Shown: in pieces, positions 12,786 through 22,178 of the stretch
Layout: every line of letters starts with the position of its first letter
Numbering within the stretch: position 1 is the stretch's first letter
NCBI GenBank assembly: GCA_963828735.1
Contig: CAWHFW010000002.1
Location: 448,001-512,000 of the forward strand
Direction: 5' to 3'
DNA length: 64,000 nt
Origin: an uncultured Gemmatimonadales bacterium
GTDB taxonomy: Bacteria > Gemmatimonadota > Gemmatimonadetes > Gemmatimonadales > GWC2-71-9
Notes under the pieces: model-generated
Told to the model about the DNA's origin: nothing
Seen by the model: only the letters and a program-made list of their open reading frames with translations
Database searches by the model: none
Position numbers and translations under genes: made by a program

Positions 12786-14120
12786 TCAACGGGCCGCGGG
12801 CTGCGGAGTGAGGGCGCGTGCGGGCTGGCCGACGGGGCCGACCTCGGGCATGACGAGGATCGAGCCCTCCCCGTTGGTATAGGCTTCTTCGCCGTGCTGG
12901 GTGACATCGAGTCCCAGTCCTTCGGAGCGCGGCGCCGCGCGGAGCACGGTGACCAGGCCCATGAGCTTGAGAATCACGAAGGTTGCGACGGCGGCGTAAA
13001 CGAAGGAGCTCGCCACGCCGAGCGCCTGTGTGGCCAACTGTCCCGCGTTCCCCGCCAGCAATCCATCGTTCCCCGCAGGATTCCAGACCTTGGACGCGAA
13101 CACGCCCGTCAACAGCGCGCCCGTGATGCCACCGATGCCGTGGCCCGCGAAGACGTCCAGAGAATCGTCGAGCCGGGTCCGCGAACGAGCCACGATGGTG
13201 AAGTAGCTCGGAAACGCGGCGATCGCGCCGAGCAGGAGGGCGCTCGTGGGACTGATGAAGCCGGCCGCGGGGGTAATGGCCACAAGGCCGATCACGATGC
13301 CCGTCGCACCGCCGACGGCGGTCGCGCGTCCGGTGCGGAAGTAATCGAGCAGTACCCAGACCACCAGCGTGGCCATCGGAGCGAGGAACGTATTGGTGAA
13401 CGCCAGGGCCGCGAGCTCGTTGGCCGCGAGCGCGCTCCCGCCGTTGAACCCGAACCAGCCGAACCAGAGCAGGCCGGCACCGAGGAGAACGAACGGCACG
13501 TTGTGCGGAAGGATCGCCTGCCGGCTGTAATCCTTGCGCTCGCCCAGGACGAGAGCGGCCACCAGCGCCGACACGCCGGCGTTGATGTGCACGACGGTCC
13601 CCCCGGCAAAGTCGAGCACGCCCCTGCTCATGAGCCAGCCGCCGCCCCAGACCCAGTGGGCAACCGGCGCGTACACGAAGAGCGTCCAGAGAGCGATGAA
13701 CACGAGGTAGGGGCCGAACCGCATCCGCTCGACCACCGCGCCCGAGATGAGCGCGGCCGTGATGATGGCGAAGGTGCCTTGATAGGCCATGAACAGCACG
13801 TGCGGAATCGTCCCCTTGGCCTCGGTTCCGACCCCCGCGAGCATCCCATTGGTCAGGCTGCCGATCCAGGCGCCGCCCTCGGCGAATGCGAGGCTGTAGG
13901 CGACGAGCGCCCACACGATGCCGACGACGCCGAGCGCGGCGAAGCTCATCATCATCGTATTGAGCGAATTCTTCGACCGCACCAACCCGCCGTAGAAGAA
14001 CGCCAGGGCCGGCGTCATGAGGAGCACGAGAGCGGTGGACACGAGCATCCAGGCCGTGTCGGCGGGAACGATGGCGGGCGCGGCATCCTGAAGTGCCAGC
14101 AGCAAGGGGAGTCGGGTCAC
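12786..14120 (-). CDS. amtB: Ammonium transporter
   Basis: DTAWMLVSTALVLLMTPALAFFYGG, DFAGGTVVH, WFGWFGFNGGS, DDSLDVFAGHG; both pore histidines present. Confidence 0.98.
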   Translation of the reverse strand: MTRLPLLLALQDAAPAIVPADTAWMLVSTALVLLMTPALAFFYGGLVRSKNSLNTMMMSFAALGVVGIVWALVAYSLAFAEGGAWIGSLTNGMLAGVGTEAKGTIPHVLFMAYQGTFAIITAALISGAVVERMRFGPYLVFIALWTLFVYAPVAHWVWGGGWLMSRGVLDFAGGTVVHINAGVSALVAALVLGERKDYSRQAILPHNVPFVLLGAGLLWFGWFGFNGGSALAANELAALAFTNTFLAPMATLVVWVLLDYFRTGRATAVGGATGIVIGLVAITPAAGFISPTSALLLGAIAAFPSYFTIVARSRTRLDDSLDVFAGHGIGGITGALLTGVFASKVWNPAGNDGLLAGNAGQLATQALGVASSFVYAAVATFVILKLMGLVTVLRAAPRSEGLGLDVTQHGEEAYTNGEGSILVMPEVGPVGQPARALTPQPAAR

Positions 14121-14724
14121 CTGGCAGTCCCGGCGTTGGGGGTTCGTGGCGGTGCCCGGGTGGCACCGTTGATCACCAGTCTATTGGCGGGAGCTTTTCG
14201 GCGCAAGGTGTTGACTGGCAAAACGTGCATTTTTGGCACAATTAGGTGATCACTGGCTGATTTTCTTCCCCCCATATCGCCGACATGATGCCATTTTTCT
14301 GCAGGATTTGCGCGGTGTGCTGGCCGATTGCTCAACTGGTCTGGTGCCCCCAAGTCACGGTCGCAGGAGACCTTCGAGCATGGCAGCTGGGGCGCCGCGG
14401 CCCGACAGAGCGGGACACGGCTGGTTAACTCGATCCAACCTTCTCGGTCGAGCGCGAGTGCCCCGGCAGGCTACACAACAATGTGGTCAAGACGTGCGAC
14501 TCGGGCACTCCTGCCGGAGCACCATCAGGCAGAGCGACAACGCGGCGGGCCGCCGCCGGGCAGCCATCGGGACCGGCCGATGTCAGCGCGACGGCAGTAA
14601 GGATTGGATCGCGCACGCACTTGGGATTTGGACTGTGAGAGGGCCGACCATCCGGCGAGAGCAGGCAGACCTGTGAGACGCAAGCGAGAGGGCTATCCGA
14701 TTCGTTTGAGCTCGCGCGGCGAGA

Positions 14725-15630
14725 TCACGGCCCTCCGCGGACGCGAACCGCTGTCCCCCAGGGATCGCGGGCCGTCCCTTCCCCATCGCTCGACTCGACG
14801 ATGGCACCGGTGCCTGCGATGCTTGCGAGCGCCGCGGTTGCCTGTTCCGCGGACGGGAGCAGGATCTCCCATTCGAGCAACCGCGCATCGTCGGGCCCGG
14901 CCGGCGGCGCGCCGGCCGCCCACGTGTTGGTACCGAGGTGATGGTGGTATCCGCCGGCAGACATGAAAAGCGCGCCGGGGTAGCTCCACACCATCTTGTC
15001 GAGGCCCAGACCGACATGATAGAACCGCTCGGCGCGTCCGAGGTCGTCCACGAAGAGGTGGACGTGACCGATCACCGTGCCCGGCGGGAGGCCGGACCAT
15101 CGTTCGTCGCCGGCCACCCGGAGCAGGTCGTTCACATCGAGCGGATCGGTCGCCATGACGAGTTGGCGCCCATCCTGCCGCCAGAGGCTTCTCGGACGAT
15201 CCGCATAGACTTCGATCCCGAGGCCGTCGGGATCGGAGAGGTAGATCGCCTCGCTCACCAGGTGATCGGACATGCCGGCCCGCTCGCCGATCTCCGCCAG
15301 ATGCCGCACGAAGCGCGCGAGCGAAACGCGGTCGGGCAGCAGGATGGCGTAGTGGTAGAGGCCCAGCCGGCCGCGCCGAGGGACCGGATGCGCACCCGGG
15401 CGCTCATGCAGCTCGATGAAGGTTGGCCCCTCGCCCTGTGCTCCCAAGGCGGCGACGTTCGGCCGGTGGTCGCGTACGCGAAGGCCGAGCACCCGATGAT
15501 ACCAGTCGAGCGAGCGCGCCACGTCGGCCACCTGGAGGCGCACCGTCCCAAGCCGAAGACCGGCGGGGAGCCGGTAGCCCGGCGCTGCGATGCCGTAGGG
15601 CCCGGATACCGCGGATCCCGCGTCGCTCAT
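14725..15630 (-). CDS. Two-domain VOC/glyoxalase protein, CatE-like catechol 2,3-dioxygenase family
   Basis: GLYHYAILLP, SDHLVSEAIYLSDPDGLGIEVYADRPR, IGHVHL, GGYHHHLGTNTW. Confidence 0.9.
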   Translation of the reverse strand: MSDAGSAVSGPYGIAAPGYRLPAGLRLGTVRLQVADVARSLDWYHRVLGLRVRDHRPNVAALGAQGEGPTFIELHERPGAHPVPRRGRLGLYHYAILLPDRVSLARFVRHLAEIGERAGMSDHLVSEAIYLSDPDGLGIEVYADRPRSLWRQDGRQLVMATDPLDVNDLLRVAGDERWSGLPPGTVIGHVHLFVDDLGRAERFYHVGLGLDKMVWSYPGALFMSAGGYHHHLGTNTWAAGAPPAGPDDARLLEWEILLPSAEQATAALASIAGTGAIVESSDGEGTARDPWGTAVRVRGGP

Positions 15631-15812
15631 CGGGTAGCACCCCGTGGTGAAGCCATCTCGGTACTCATCCTGCCGATGATAGGTGGAGTCGGCCCTGCTG
15701 CCAAGGAGCCGCTGGAGCTGCGGGGTCACCCGTCGACTCCAGCGCCCCCTGTGACCCGACGCACCGCCCTCGGGATCATGACGGCCTAGGCTTGCCCTCA
15801 GGAGGGCATGGC

Positions 15813-16343
15813 ATGGTCGACCTGATTCCGGGACTCAATACTGGCGCGGCGAGCGCCGGCCTGCTGCTGGGCCGATTGGTCGTCGGCCTTGGGATGGCGG
15901 CGCACGGCGCGCAGAAGCTCTTCGGGTGGTTCGGTGGCCACGGACTGCCGGGCACAGCGGGCTATTTCGAATCGCTCGGGTTCCGGCCGGGGAAGGCCTT
16001 CGCCGTCCTGGTGGGACTCTCGGAGCTTACCAGCGGTATCCTGGTCGCTTCGGGCCTCCTCAGCCCAGTCGGTCCGGCGCTCATGCTGGCGGTGATGATC
16101 GTCGCCATGACCCAGACCTGGCAAAACGGTTTCTTCGCGCTTCGCAACGGCATCGAGGTGCCGCTGCTTTACGCATCGGCCGCCGTTGCCCTGTCGATCA
16201 TCGGCCCCGGACGATACTCGGTGGATGCGGCTGTCGGCCTGGTGGGCTGGTCGAGCCTAACGGTGGATGGGATTGCGTTGGTCGCGGCGGTGCTCGGGGC
16301 GATCGCATCACTGGCTCTGCGGCGGCCGGTTCCGGCGCACTGA
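15813..16343 (+). CDS. DoxX-family membrane protein (CatD-like)
   Basis: GLLLGRLVVG..AHGAQKLFGWFGG, NGIEVP, GPGRYSVD. Confidence 0.92.
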   Translation: MVDLIPGLNTGAASAGLLLGRLVVGLGMAAHGAQKLFGWFGGHGLPGTAGYFESLGFRPGKAFAVLVGLSELTSGILVASGLLSPVGPALMLAVMIVAMTQTWQNGFFALRNGIEVPLLYASAAVALSIIGPGRYSVDAAVGLVGWSSLTVDGIALVAAVLGAIASLALRRPVPAH

Positions 16344-16378
16344 GCTCGGCCCGACGGCACACACCTCCCACAGACGCC

Positions 16379-16411
16379 TCGGGGGCGCCGGCTCAACGCC
16401 AGCGCCCCCGA
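16379..16411. terminator. GC-rich hairpin between convergent doxX and nrdJ
   Basis: TCGGGGGCGC...GCGCCCCCGA perfect 10-bp outer stem; it extends further with a G-U pair on the minus strand. Confidence 0.55.
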
Positions 16412-16524
16412 ACTGCTCCCCAGTCAGCGGGTGGACCGTGGCGCCACCGAAGCGGAGGTGCTCGTCCCGGCCACGACCGAGCGCGAGCGGCCTGCGACCT
16501 CAACAGCGCGCACGGATGGCTCCG

Positions 16525-19068
16525 TCAGCCACACTCGCTGAAGCCGCACACGTGACACTTCATGCAACCTTCGGCGAACTCGAGTTGCGAGCCACAGTCG
16601 GGGCATGCGCCGGAGAGGGTCTCCTGCATGCCACCAAGCACCATCTGCTCGCCCGCCGGGCTGCTGTACGCGACGCGTTGCGTCACGACCGGAGCGTCCT
16701 CCGACGCGGCCGGCGCGCCCGGCAGGAGCTCCTGCTGAATTCCCTGCTTTTCCTGCATCCAGCGCTCGATGGCGATGCCCACCGCGTCGGGCACGGACAG
16801 GATCTTGTTCGGCCCGAGCCCGATGACGCGGTCGGAGCTGATGCCGCGGAGCTGGCGGTAGATCTCCTTCATCGGGATCCCCGAGCGGAGCGCGAGGCTG
16901 ATGAGCCGGCCGAGCGCCTCGACGTCCGCCATCAGCGCCCCACCCGCCTTGCCCAGGCTCATGAAGACTTCGAACGGCTGCCCGCGGTCATCCTCGGTGA
17001 TGGTGACATACAGGGTGCCGAGCGGCGTCTCGAGGCGCCGCGTGGCTCCGCGCAGGAGCTCCGGGCGTGAGCGCTTCTGGCGGCGCTGCAGGTTCTCCGC
17101 CTCGAGGTCGTGGACCATCCGGCGCAGGCGATCGTTCTCCGTCTCCAGCTCGGCGAGCTGCCCCTTGAGCTCGGAGACGGCCGCGAGGGCGCCCCGGTCG
17201 CCCGACGCGGCGGCCACGCCCGCGAGCTGCGCGAGGTCGGCGCGCGCCTCGGCCTTGCCGGTGGAAGTCGCCTGCTCCTGCACCTTCTTGGCGGTCGAGC
17301 CGGTGCTGAGGACCTGCATGTCGCGGCTGCCGTCCCGGTACACCGTGACGCCCTTGCAGTTGAGGCTGTACGCCAGACGGTAGATCTCCTCGACGTACTC
17401 CTCGCTCGCGTCGTTCGCGAAGTTGCAGGTCTTGGAGATCGCGCTGTCATTGAACTCCTGGAACGCCGCCTGCATCCGGATGTGCCACTCCGGCTTGATG
17501 TGGTTCGCGGTCACGAAGACCCGCTGCCACTTCTCCGGCACCTCGGGGAACGCGATGTGTCCGGCCTCGGCGATGCGGCGCATCAGGTCCTCGGTGTACC
17601 AGCCCTCCTGCTTCGCGATGGCCACGAAGTCCTCGTTCACGTCGGGCATCAGCACGCCGGCCTGGTTTCGCATGAACGCGACGGCGAACAGCGGCTCGAT
17701 GCCCGAGCTGCAGCCGGCGATGATCGAGATGGTGCCGGTGGGCGCGACGGTGGTCACGTTGCAGTTCCGGAGCCGGCGCATCGGGCGCACGCGCTCGGCC
17801 TTGGGGCCGCGGGCCGCGGTCTGATCCGGTCCCCAGATGCTCCGCTCCCATTCGGGGAACACCCCGCGCTCCTTGGCCAGGCGCTCGCTCTCGACCTTGG
17901 CCTCGTCGTCCACGAACTGCTGGATCTTCCGGCCGAGCGCCACGCCCTCGTCCGAGTCGTACGGGATGCCGAGCTTGATGAAGAGGTCGGCCAGACCCAT
18001 GACCCCCAGGCCGATGCGTCGAATGCGCTGGGCGAGCTCCGTGATCTCCTGGAGCGGATACTGATTGGCGTCGATCACGTTCTCGAGGAAGTGCGTCGAG
18101 TGGTGGATCACCCGGCGGAGCGCATCCCAGTCGATCCGTCCATCCGTCACGAAGGCGCCGAGATTGATCGAGCCGAGATTGCAGACGTCATACGGAAGGA
18201 GAGGCTGTTCACCGCAGGGATTCGTGGCCTCGTAGGAGCCGAGGTGCGGGACCGGATTGTAGTAATTGGCCTTGTCGATGAAGAACACGCCCGGCTCGCC
18301 CGTCTTCCAGGCCCCGTGGATGATCTTGTTCCAGACCTCCCGGGCGTTGAGCTGGCCGACCACCTTGCCGGTCTTGGGATGGTGCAAGTCGTACATCCCG
18401 TCGGCCTCGACCCCCTCCATGAACGCGTCGGTGACTGCCACCGAGATGTTGAAGTTGGTGATCTTGGTCGTGTCGTCCTTGCAGGTGACGAACTCGAGGA
18501 TGTCCGGGTGGTCCACTCGCAGGATGCCCATGTTGGCGCCACGGCGGGTGCCCCCCTGCTTCACTACGTCGGTCGAAGCGTCGAACAGGCTCATGAACGA
18601 GACGGGGCCCGATGCCACGCCCATCGTGCTCCGCACGATGTCGTTCTTGGGCCGGAGGCGCGAGAAGCTGAACCCGGTGCCGCCGCCGCTCTGGTGGACC
18701 AGGGCCATGGCGCGGAGGGTGTCGTAAATGCCGCTCTTGCCGTTCGAGAGCGCGTCGTCCACCGGCAAGACGAAGCACGCGCTCAGCTGGCCCAGGGGCC
18801 GCCCGGCGTTCATCAGGGTCGGGGAGTTGGGCACGAATTGCCGCTTGGCCATGAGTCCGTAGAACGCCTGCGCCACCTCCTCCACGGCCACGACCGAAAC
18901 GCCGTAGCGGCGGTCGGCCTCCGCGATCGTCCGCGCGACACGCCAGAACAAGTCCTCAGGGGCCTCCACCGGCTTCCCGGTGTCGTCCTTGATGAGATAC
19001 CGCTTCTCGAGGACCGTGATGGCGTTGGACGACAGCGAAAGCGCGTCCCGTGGGGTGGACGAATTCAT
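16525..19068 (-). CDS. nrdJ: Class II (adenosylcobalamin-dependent) ribonucleotide reductase with fused TSCPD-like domain and zinc ribbon
   Basis: PNSPTLMNAG, LSACFV, RRGANM, TNPCGEQP, VCNLGS, APTGTIS, YRDGSR; C-terminal CPDC...CHVCGFSECG. Confidence 0.96.
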   Translation of the reverse strand: MNSSTPRDALSLSSNAITVLEKRYLIKDDTGKPVEAPEDLFWRVARTIAEADRRYGVSVVAVEEVAQAFYGLMAKRQFVPNSPTLMNAGRPLGQLSACFVLPVDDALSNGKSGIYDTLRAMALVHQSGGGTGFSFSRLRPKNDIVRSTMGVASGPVSFMSLFDASTDVVKQGGTRRGANMGILRVDHPDILEFVTCKDDTTKITNFNISVAVTDAFMEGVEADGMYDLHHPKTGKVVGQLNAREVWNKIIHGAWKTGEPGVFFIDKANYYNPVPHLGSYEATNPCGEQPLLPYDVCNLGSINLGAFVTDGRIDWDALRRVIHHSTHFLENVIDANQYPLQEITELAQRIRRIGLGVMGLADLFIKLGIPYDSDEGVALGRKIQQFVDDEAKVESERLAKERGVFPEWERSIWGPDQTAARGPKAERVRPMRRLRNCNVTTVAPTGTISIIAGCSSGIEPLFAVAFMRNQAGVLMPDVNEDFVAIAKQEGWYTEDLMRRIAEAGHIAFPEVPEKWQRVFVTANHIKPEWHIRMQAAFQEFNDSAISKTCNFANDASEEYVEEIYRLAYSLNCKGVTVYRDGSRDMQVLSTGSTAKKVQEQATSTGKAEARADLAQLAGVAAASGDRGALAAVSELKGQLAELETENDRLRRMVHDLEAENLQRRQKRSRPELLRGATRRLETPLGTLYVTITEDDRGQPFEVFMSLGKAGGALMADVEALGRLISLALRSGIPMKEIYRQLRGISSDRVIGLGPNKILSVPDAVGIAIERWMQEKQGIQQELLPGAPAASEDAPVVTQRVAYSSPAGEQMVLGGMQETLSGACPDCGSQLEFAEGCMKCHVCGFSECG

Positions 19069-19276
19069 GGAACTCCCCGCTTGCGATTATGGAGGTGAAG
19101 AGAGTGCAGAGACTGCACTACGGAAACGATCGAGCTCAGCGTCCAACGTACCCATCCGTCTTCCCAGCGCCCGGGGCGTCCAGCGGCCTGCCCCGCACAA
19201 ACGGATGGCCAAGCTAGGTCAAGCGTTCGAGCCGCACAATAGCGCGGAAAAAGCGCGTAGCTACGCGCGATGGGGG

Positions 19277-19343
19277 TTCCCACATCACAAATATAACCCC
19301 ATGTGGATGTGTGGATTAAGTGGACAAGATGTGGTGTGGATAT
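19277..19343. promoter_or_regulatory. Candidate NrdR box and DnaA-box-like cluster upstream of nrdJ
   Basis: GGACAAGATGTGGTGT (19322-19337) resembles the NrdR consensus acaCwAtATaTwGtgt. TGTGGATTA (19310) and TGTGGATAT (19335) are each one mismatch from TGTGGATAA. Confidence 0.55.
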
Positions 19344-19406
19344 GAGTACTGACAGAAGAGCGCGCAGTGGTGCGACAGTCGGGGGACGATGGAGGCCCCT
19401 GTTGCC

Positions 19407-19940
19407 CTATCGCGCGATCGCCTCGGCGCCCGACCGCCCATCCAGGACCGGATACTGCCCCGCCCGATGCGCCTTCGCCTGCGCCACGTAGTGCGCCCAG
19501 GTGTCGGCGATCCGCTGCGTCAGGGTCGCGTCCACGGTCCTCACGATCCGGCCCGGGACCCCCATGACCAGGGACTTCGGGGGAACCTGCATCCCTTCCG
19601 GGATCACTGCCCCCGCTGCCACCACGCTGCCGGTTCCGATGCGCACGTGATTGAGGAGGATGCTGCCCATGCCGATGAGACAGTCGTCTTCGACCGTGCA
19701 CCCATGCAGAACGACGCGGTGCCCGACGCCGACCCGGCGACCGATGGTGCACGGTACGCCCTCATCCACGTGCACGATGGTGCCGTCCTGCAGATTGGTT
19801 TGCGCGCCGATGACGATCGGCGCCATGTCGCCACGGACGACCGCGCCGTACCAGACGCTGGACTCCTCGCCCAAGGTGACATCGCCCATCACGGCCGCGC
19901 CGGGCGCGATGAACGCCGTGGGATGGATCCGGGCACTCAT
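19407..19940 (-). CDS. Gamma-carbonic-anhydrase-family hexapeptide-repeat protein
   Basis: IHPTAFIAPGA, VVRGD, TNLQDGTIVH, GHRVVLHGC; the ATG overlaps the kinase stop. Confidence 0.93.
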   Translation of the reverse strand: MSARIHPTAFIAPGAAVMGDVTLGEESSVWYGAVVRGDMAPIVIGAQTNLQDGTIVHVDEGVPCTIGRRVGVGHRVVLHGCTVEDDCLIGMGSILLNHVRIGTGSVVAAGAVIPEGMQVPPKSLVMGVPGRIVRTVDATLTQRIADTWAHYVAQAKAHRAGQYPVLDGRSGAEAIAR

Positions 19941-21973
19941 TTGGGCGCCGGCGGGAACAGCATCTGGGTCCAGGCCTCGACGGGCGAGCCGTCCTTGAGG
20001 GCCGGATGCCAGGTCATGCTCCAGACGAAGTTGCGCACCGCGCGCTCGAAGGCCGCATCGTTCGATGGGCGAAGCCGCGCCACGTCCACCGTCCGGCCCT
20101 CGGTCGACACCTTGACCCAGAGCAGCGACGGGCGCGGCGACTCGGTGGCGTCCTCCGGCAGCGGCACGAAGGGAGGATTCACCGGTTTCGGCCGCTCGTC
20201 GAAGCACGAGCCGTCGGCGTTGTAGCCGGAGCCCGGCTCGCACCGGTCGACCGGCCGGCTCACGGTGGTCTCTTTCCGCGGCAGCTCGGGAGAGCCGATG
20301 GGTGAGAGCTGCGGGTTCAACTCGGTGATCTCGCCCGGGCGGATCACGATCGTGTCGGAGTAGAAGTTGAACTTCGGCGCCGAGACACCCACGGCATGCG
20401 GTCCCGGCGCCAGCCGCGTGACGGTTTCCGTGACCGGCTTCTCGTCGATCATCACCGTGGAGCCGCGGGGCAAGCCGACGACGCGGATCCCGCCGCTGTC
20501 TCCAGCCACGGCTGGATCGGTCGCGGACACCGGCGCTGCCGTATCCGCAGGACGAGGAGCCACCGGTGTGCTGGGAGGGGTCGGCGGCGGCGTCGCGGCA
20601 CCGGTACCTCGGGTGCCCATGCTCGCGGCGGTATCACGGGGCAGTGCCGGTGTCCGGGCCGCCGTCGTATCGCGAAGGGGCGTCGTGTCGGCGACGGTCG
20701 AGGCCGAGTCGGCCGTCTCCCCGCCGGTCGCGAATCCGTGCGCCTTGTAGTAGTAGAAGCCGCCCCCGCCGCCGCCAAGGACCGCCACCACGAGCCACAG
20801 CCAGGCCCAGGAGCCCGACCCACCACGCATGGCCAGCGATCGGTCGGCGACACGCCGCGGCAGGTCGCGCCGTTCACGCGGCGTGGCTCGGCGGTTCACG
20901 AGAGGCGACTCGATCGGCGTCGTCGGCTGGCTCACGATCGGGGGCATCCCTCCGATGGGGCTCGGCGCCGTGGCCACGCTCGTTCGGCCTCCCACCGTCG
21001 CCGCAGCCGAAGACGTGCGCACCGAGCCCGGTGCCGCGGTCGGCTGGCCTTGGATCGACGCCACCAACTCCTCGCAGCTCTGGAAGCGGTCGGCCGGATC
21101 CTTCATCAACATCCGCTTGACCACCTCGAAGATCCGGCGTTCATCCGCGGTCACGAGCGACGGAGTCGGGATGGGCTCGGTGATGTGCTTGTAGCCGATC
21201 GAGAAGCTGTCCTCGCCGTCGTAGGGCACGGCGCCGCTGAGGCACTGGTACGCGACGACGCCGAGGCTGTAGATGTCGCTCCGCCCGTCGATGGCCTGCG
21301 CGCGCGCCTGCTCGGGGCTCATGTAGTGTGGCGTTCCGATCGACATCCCGGTGCCCGTGAGCTTCTGGCCCGAGGCGGCCTTGGCGATGCCGAAGTCGGT
21401 CAGCAGGCACTGCCCGAACTCGTCGAACATGATGTTGTCGGGCTTGATGTCGCGATGCACGATGCCCCGCTGGGCGGCATAGCCGAGGGCGCTGCCGGCC
21501 TCGAGCAGCAACCGCCGGATCTCGGGCGGCGTGAGCTTCTTCCGCTCGTGCAGGACGGTCGACAGCGATCCGCCCCGCAGGAACTTCATGACGAAATAGA
21601 TGACTCGGCCGGAGCGGCCGACCCGGTAGATCGGAATGATGTTGGGATGCTCGAGCTGGGCCGCGGTCCGGGCTTCCCGCTGAAACCGCTCGACGAACTC
21701 CGCGTCGAAGGCCAGCGAGAACGGCAGGACCTTGATCGCGACCTCGCGCTCGAGCTGGCGGTCTCGCGCCCGATACACCAGGGCCATACCGCCCCGGCCC
21801 AGCTCCTCGATGATCTCGTACTCGGCCGCCAGGGCCTCACGGACGAGGTCGGTCTCCTGGAGCGCGCCCGTGGCGATGGCGTGAACGGGCGTCGTCGCCA
21901 TGAGATCGAGGCCGCAGGAGGGACAGAACTTGGATTTACCGGTGATCTCGCTTCCGCAGCGGGAGCAGAACAT
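19937..21973 (-). CDS. Membrane Ser/Thr protein kinase: zinc ribbon, kinase, TM, Pro/Thr linker, PEGA-like and TonB-C-like domains
   Basis: CSRC..CPSC; GRGGMALV, VAIK, HRDIKPDN, DFG, GTPHYMSPE; TM WAWLWLVVAVLG; C-terminal VKVSTEGRT...AFERAVRNFV..WHPA.KDGSPV. Confidence 0.93.
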   Translation of the reverse strand: MFCSRCGSEITGKSKFCPSCGLDLMATTPVHAIATGALQETDLVREALAAEYEIIEELGRGGMALVYRARDRQLEREVAIKVLPFSLAFDAEFVERFQREARTAAQLEHPNIIPIYRVGRSGRVIYFVMKFLRGGSLSTVLHERKKLTPPEIRRLLLEAGSALGYAAQRGIVHRDIKPDNIMFDEFGQCLLTDFGIAKAASGQKLTGTGMSIGTPHYMSPEQARAQAIDGRSDIYSLGVVAYQCLSGAVPYDGEDSFSIGYKHITEPIPTPSLVTADERRIFEVVKRMLMKDPADRFQSCEELVASIQGQPTAAPGSVRTSSAAATVGGRTSVATAPSPIGGMPPIVSQPTTPIESPLVNRRATPRERRDLPRRVADRSLAMRGGSGSWAWLWLVVAVLGGGGGGFYYYKAHGFATGGETADSASTVADTTPLRDTTAARTPALPRDTAASMGTRGTGAATPPPTPPSTPVAPRPADTAAPVSATDPAVAGDSGGIRVVGLPRGSTVMIDEKPVTETVTRLAPGPHAVGVSAPKFNFYSDTIVIRPGEITELNPQLSPIGSPELPRKETTVSRPVDRCEPGSGYNADGSCFDERPKPVNPPFVPLPEDATESPRPSLLWVKVSTEGRTVDVARLRPSNDAAFERAVRNFVWSMTWHPALKDGSPVEAWTQMLFPPAPK

Positions 21974-22178
21974 GCGCGCAAGCTACCCTTCCCACCCCCG
22001 GAGTCAAGCGGAAACCCGTGGCGTTCCGCGATATCCGTTGCGGACGGCACGGGCCCGACAGCGCGGCAGGCCACCGTGGGGGGGACAGTGGGTGGCACGG
22101 CCCATGCAGCTTCCGGACCGGGCGTCCAATTCCCGGTGATGACCCGTCCCCCGAACAAGTGCTCGACCGGAGACTGCC

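Noticed and set aside
16412..16524. Possible tRNA or cobalamin riboswitch near nrdJ
   Set aside because: No cloverleaf, T-loop or B12 box is visible, and the stretch lies downstream of the gene.
19277..19343. Replication origin
   Set aside because: There is no perfect DnaA box, no clear unwinding element, and no dnaA, dnaN or gidA nearby; regulation of nrdJ is the simpler reading.
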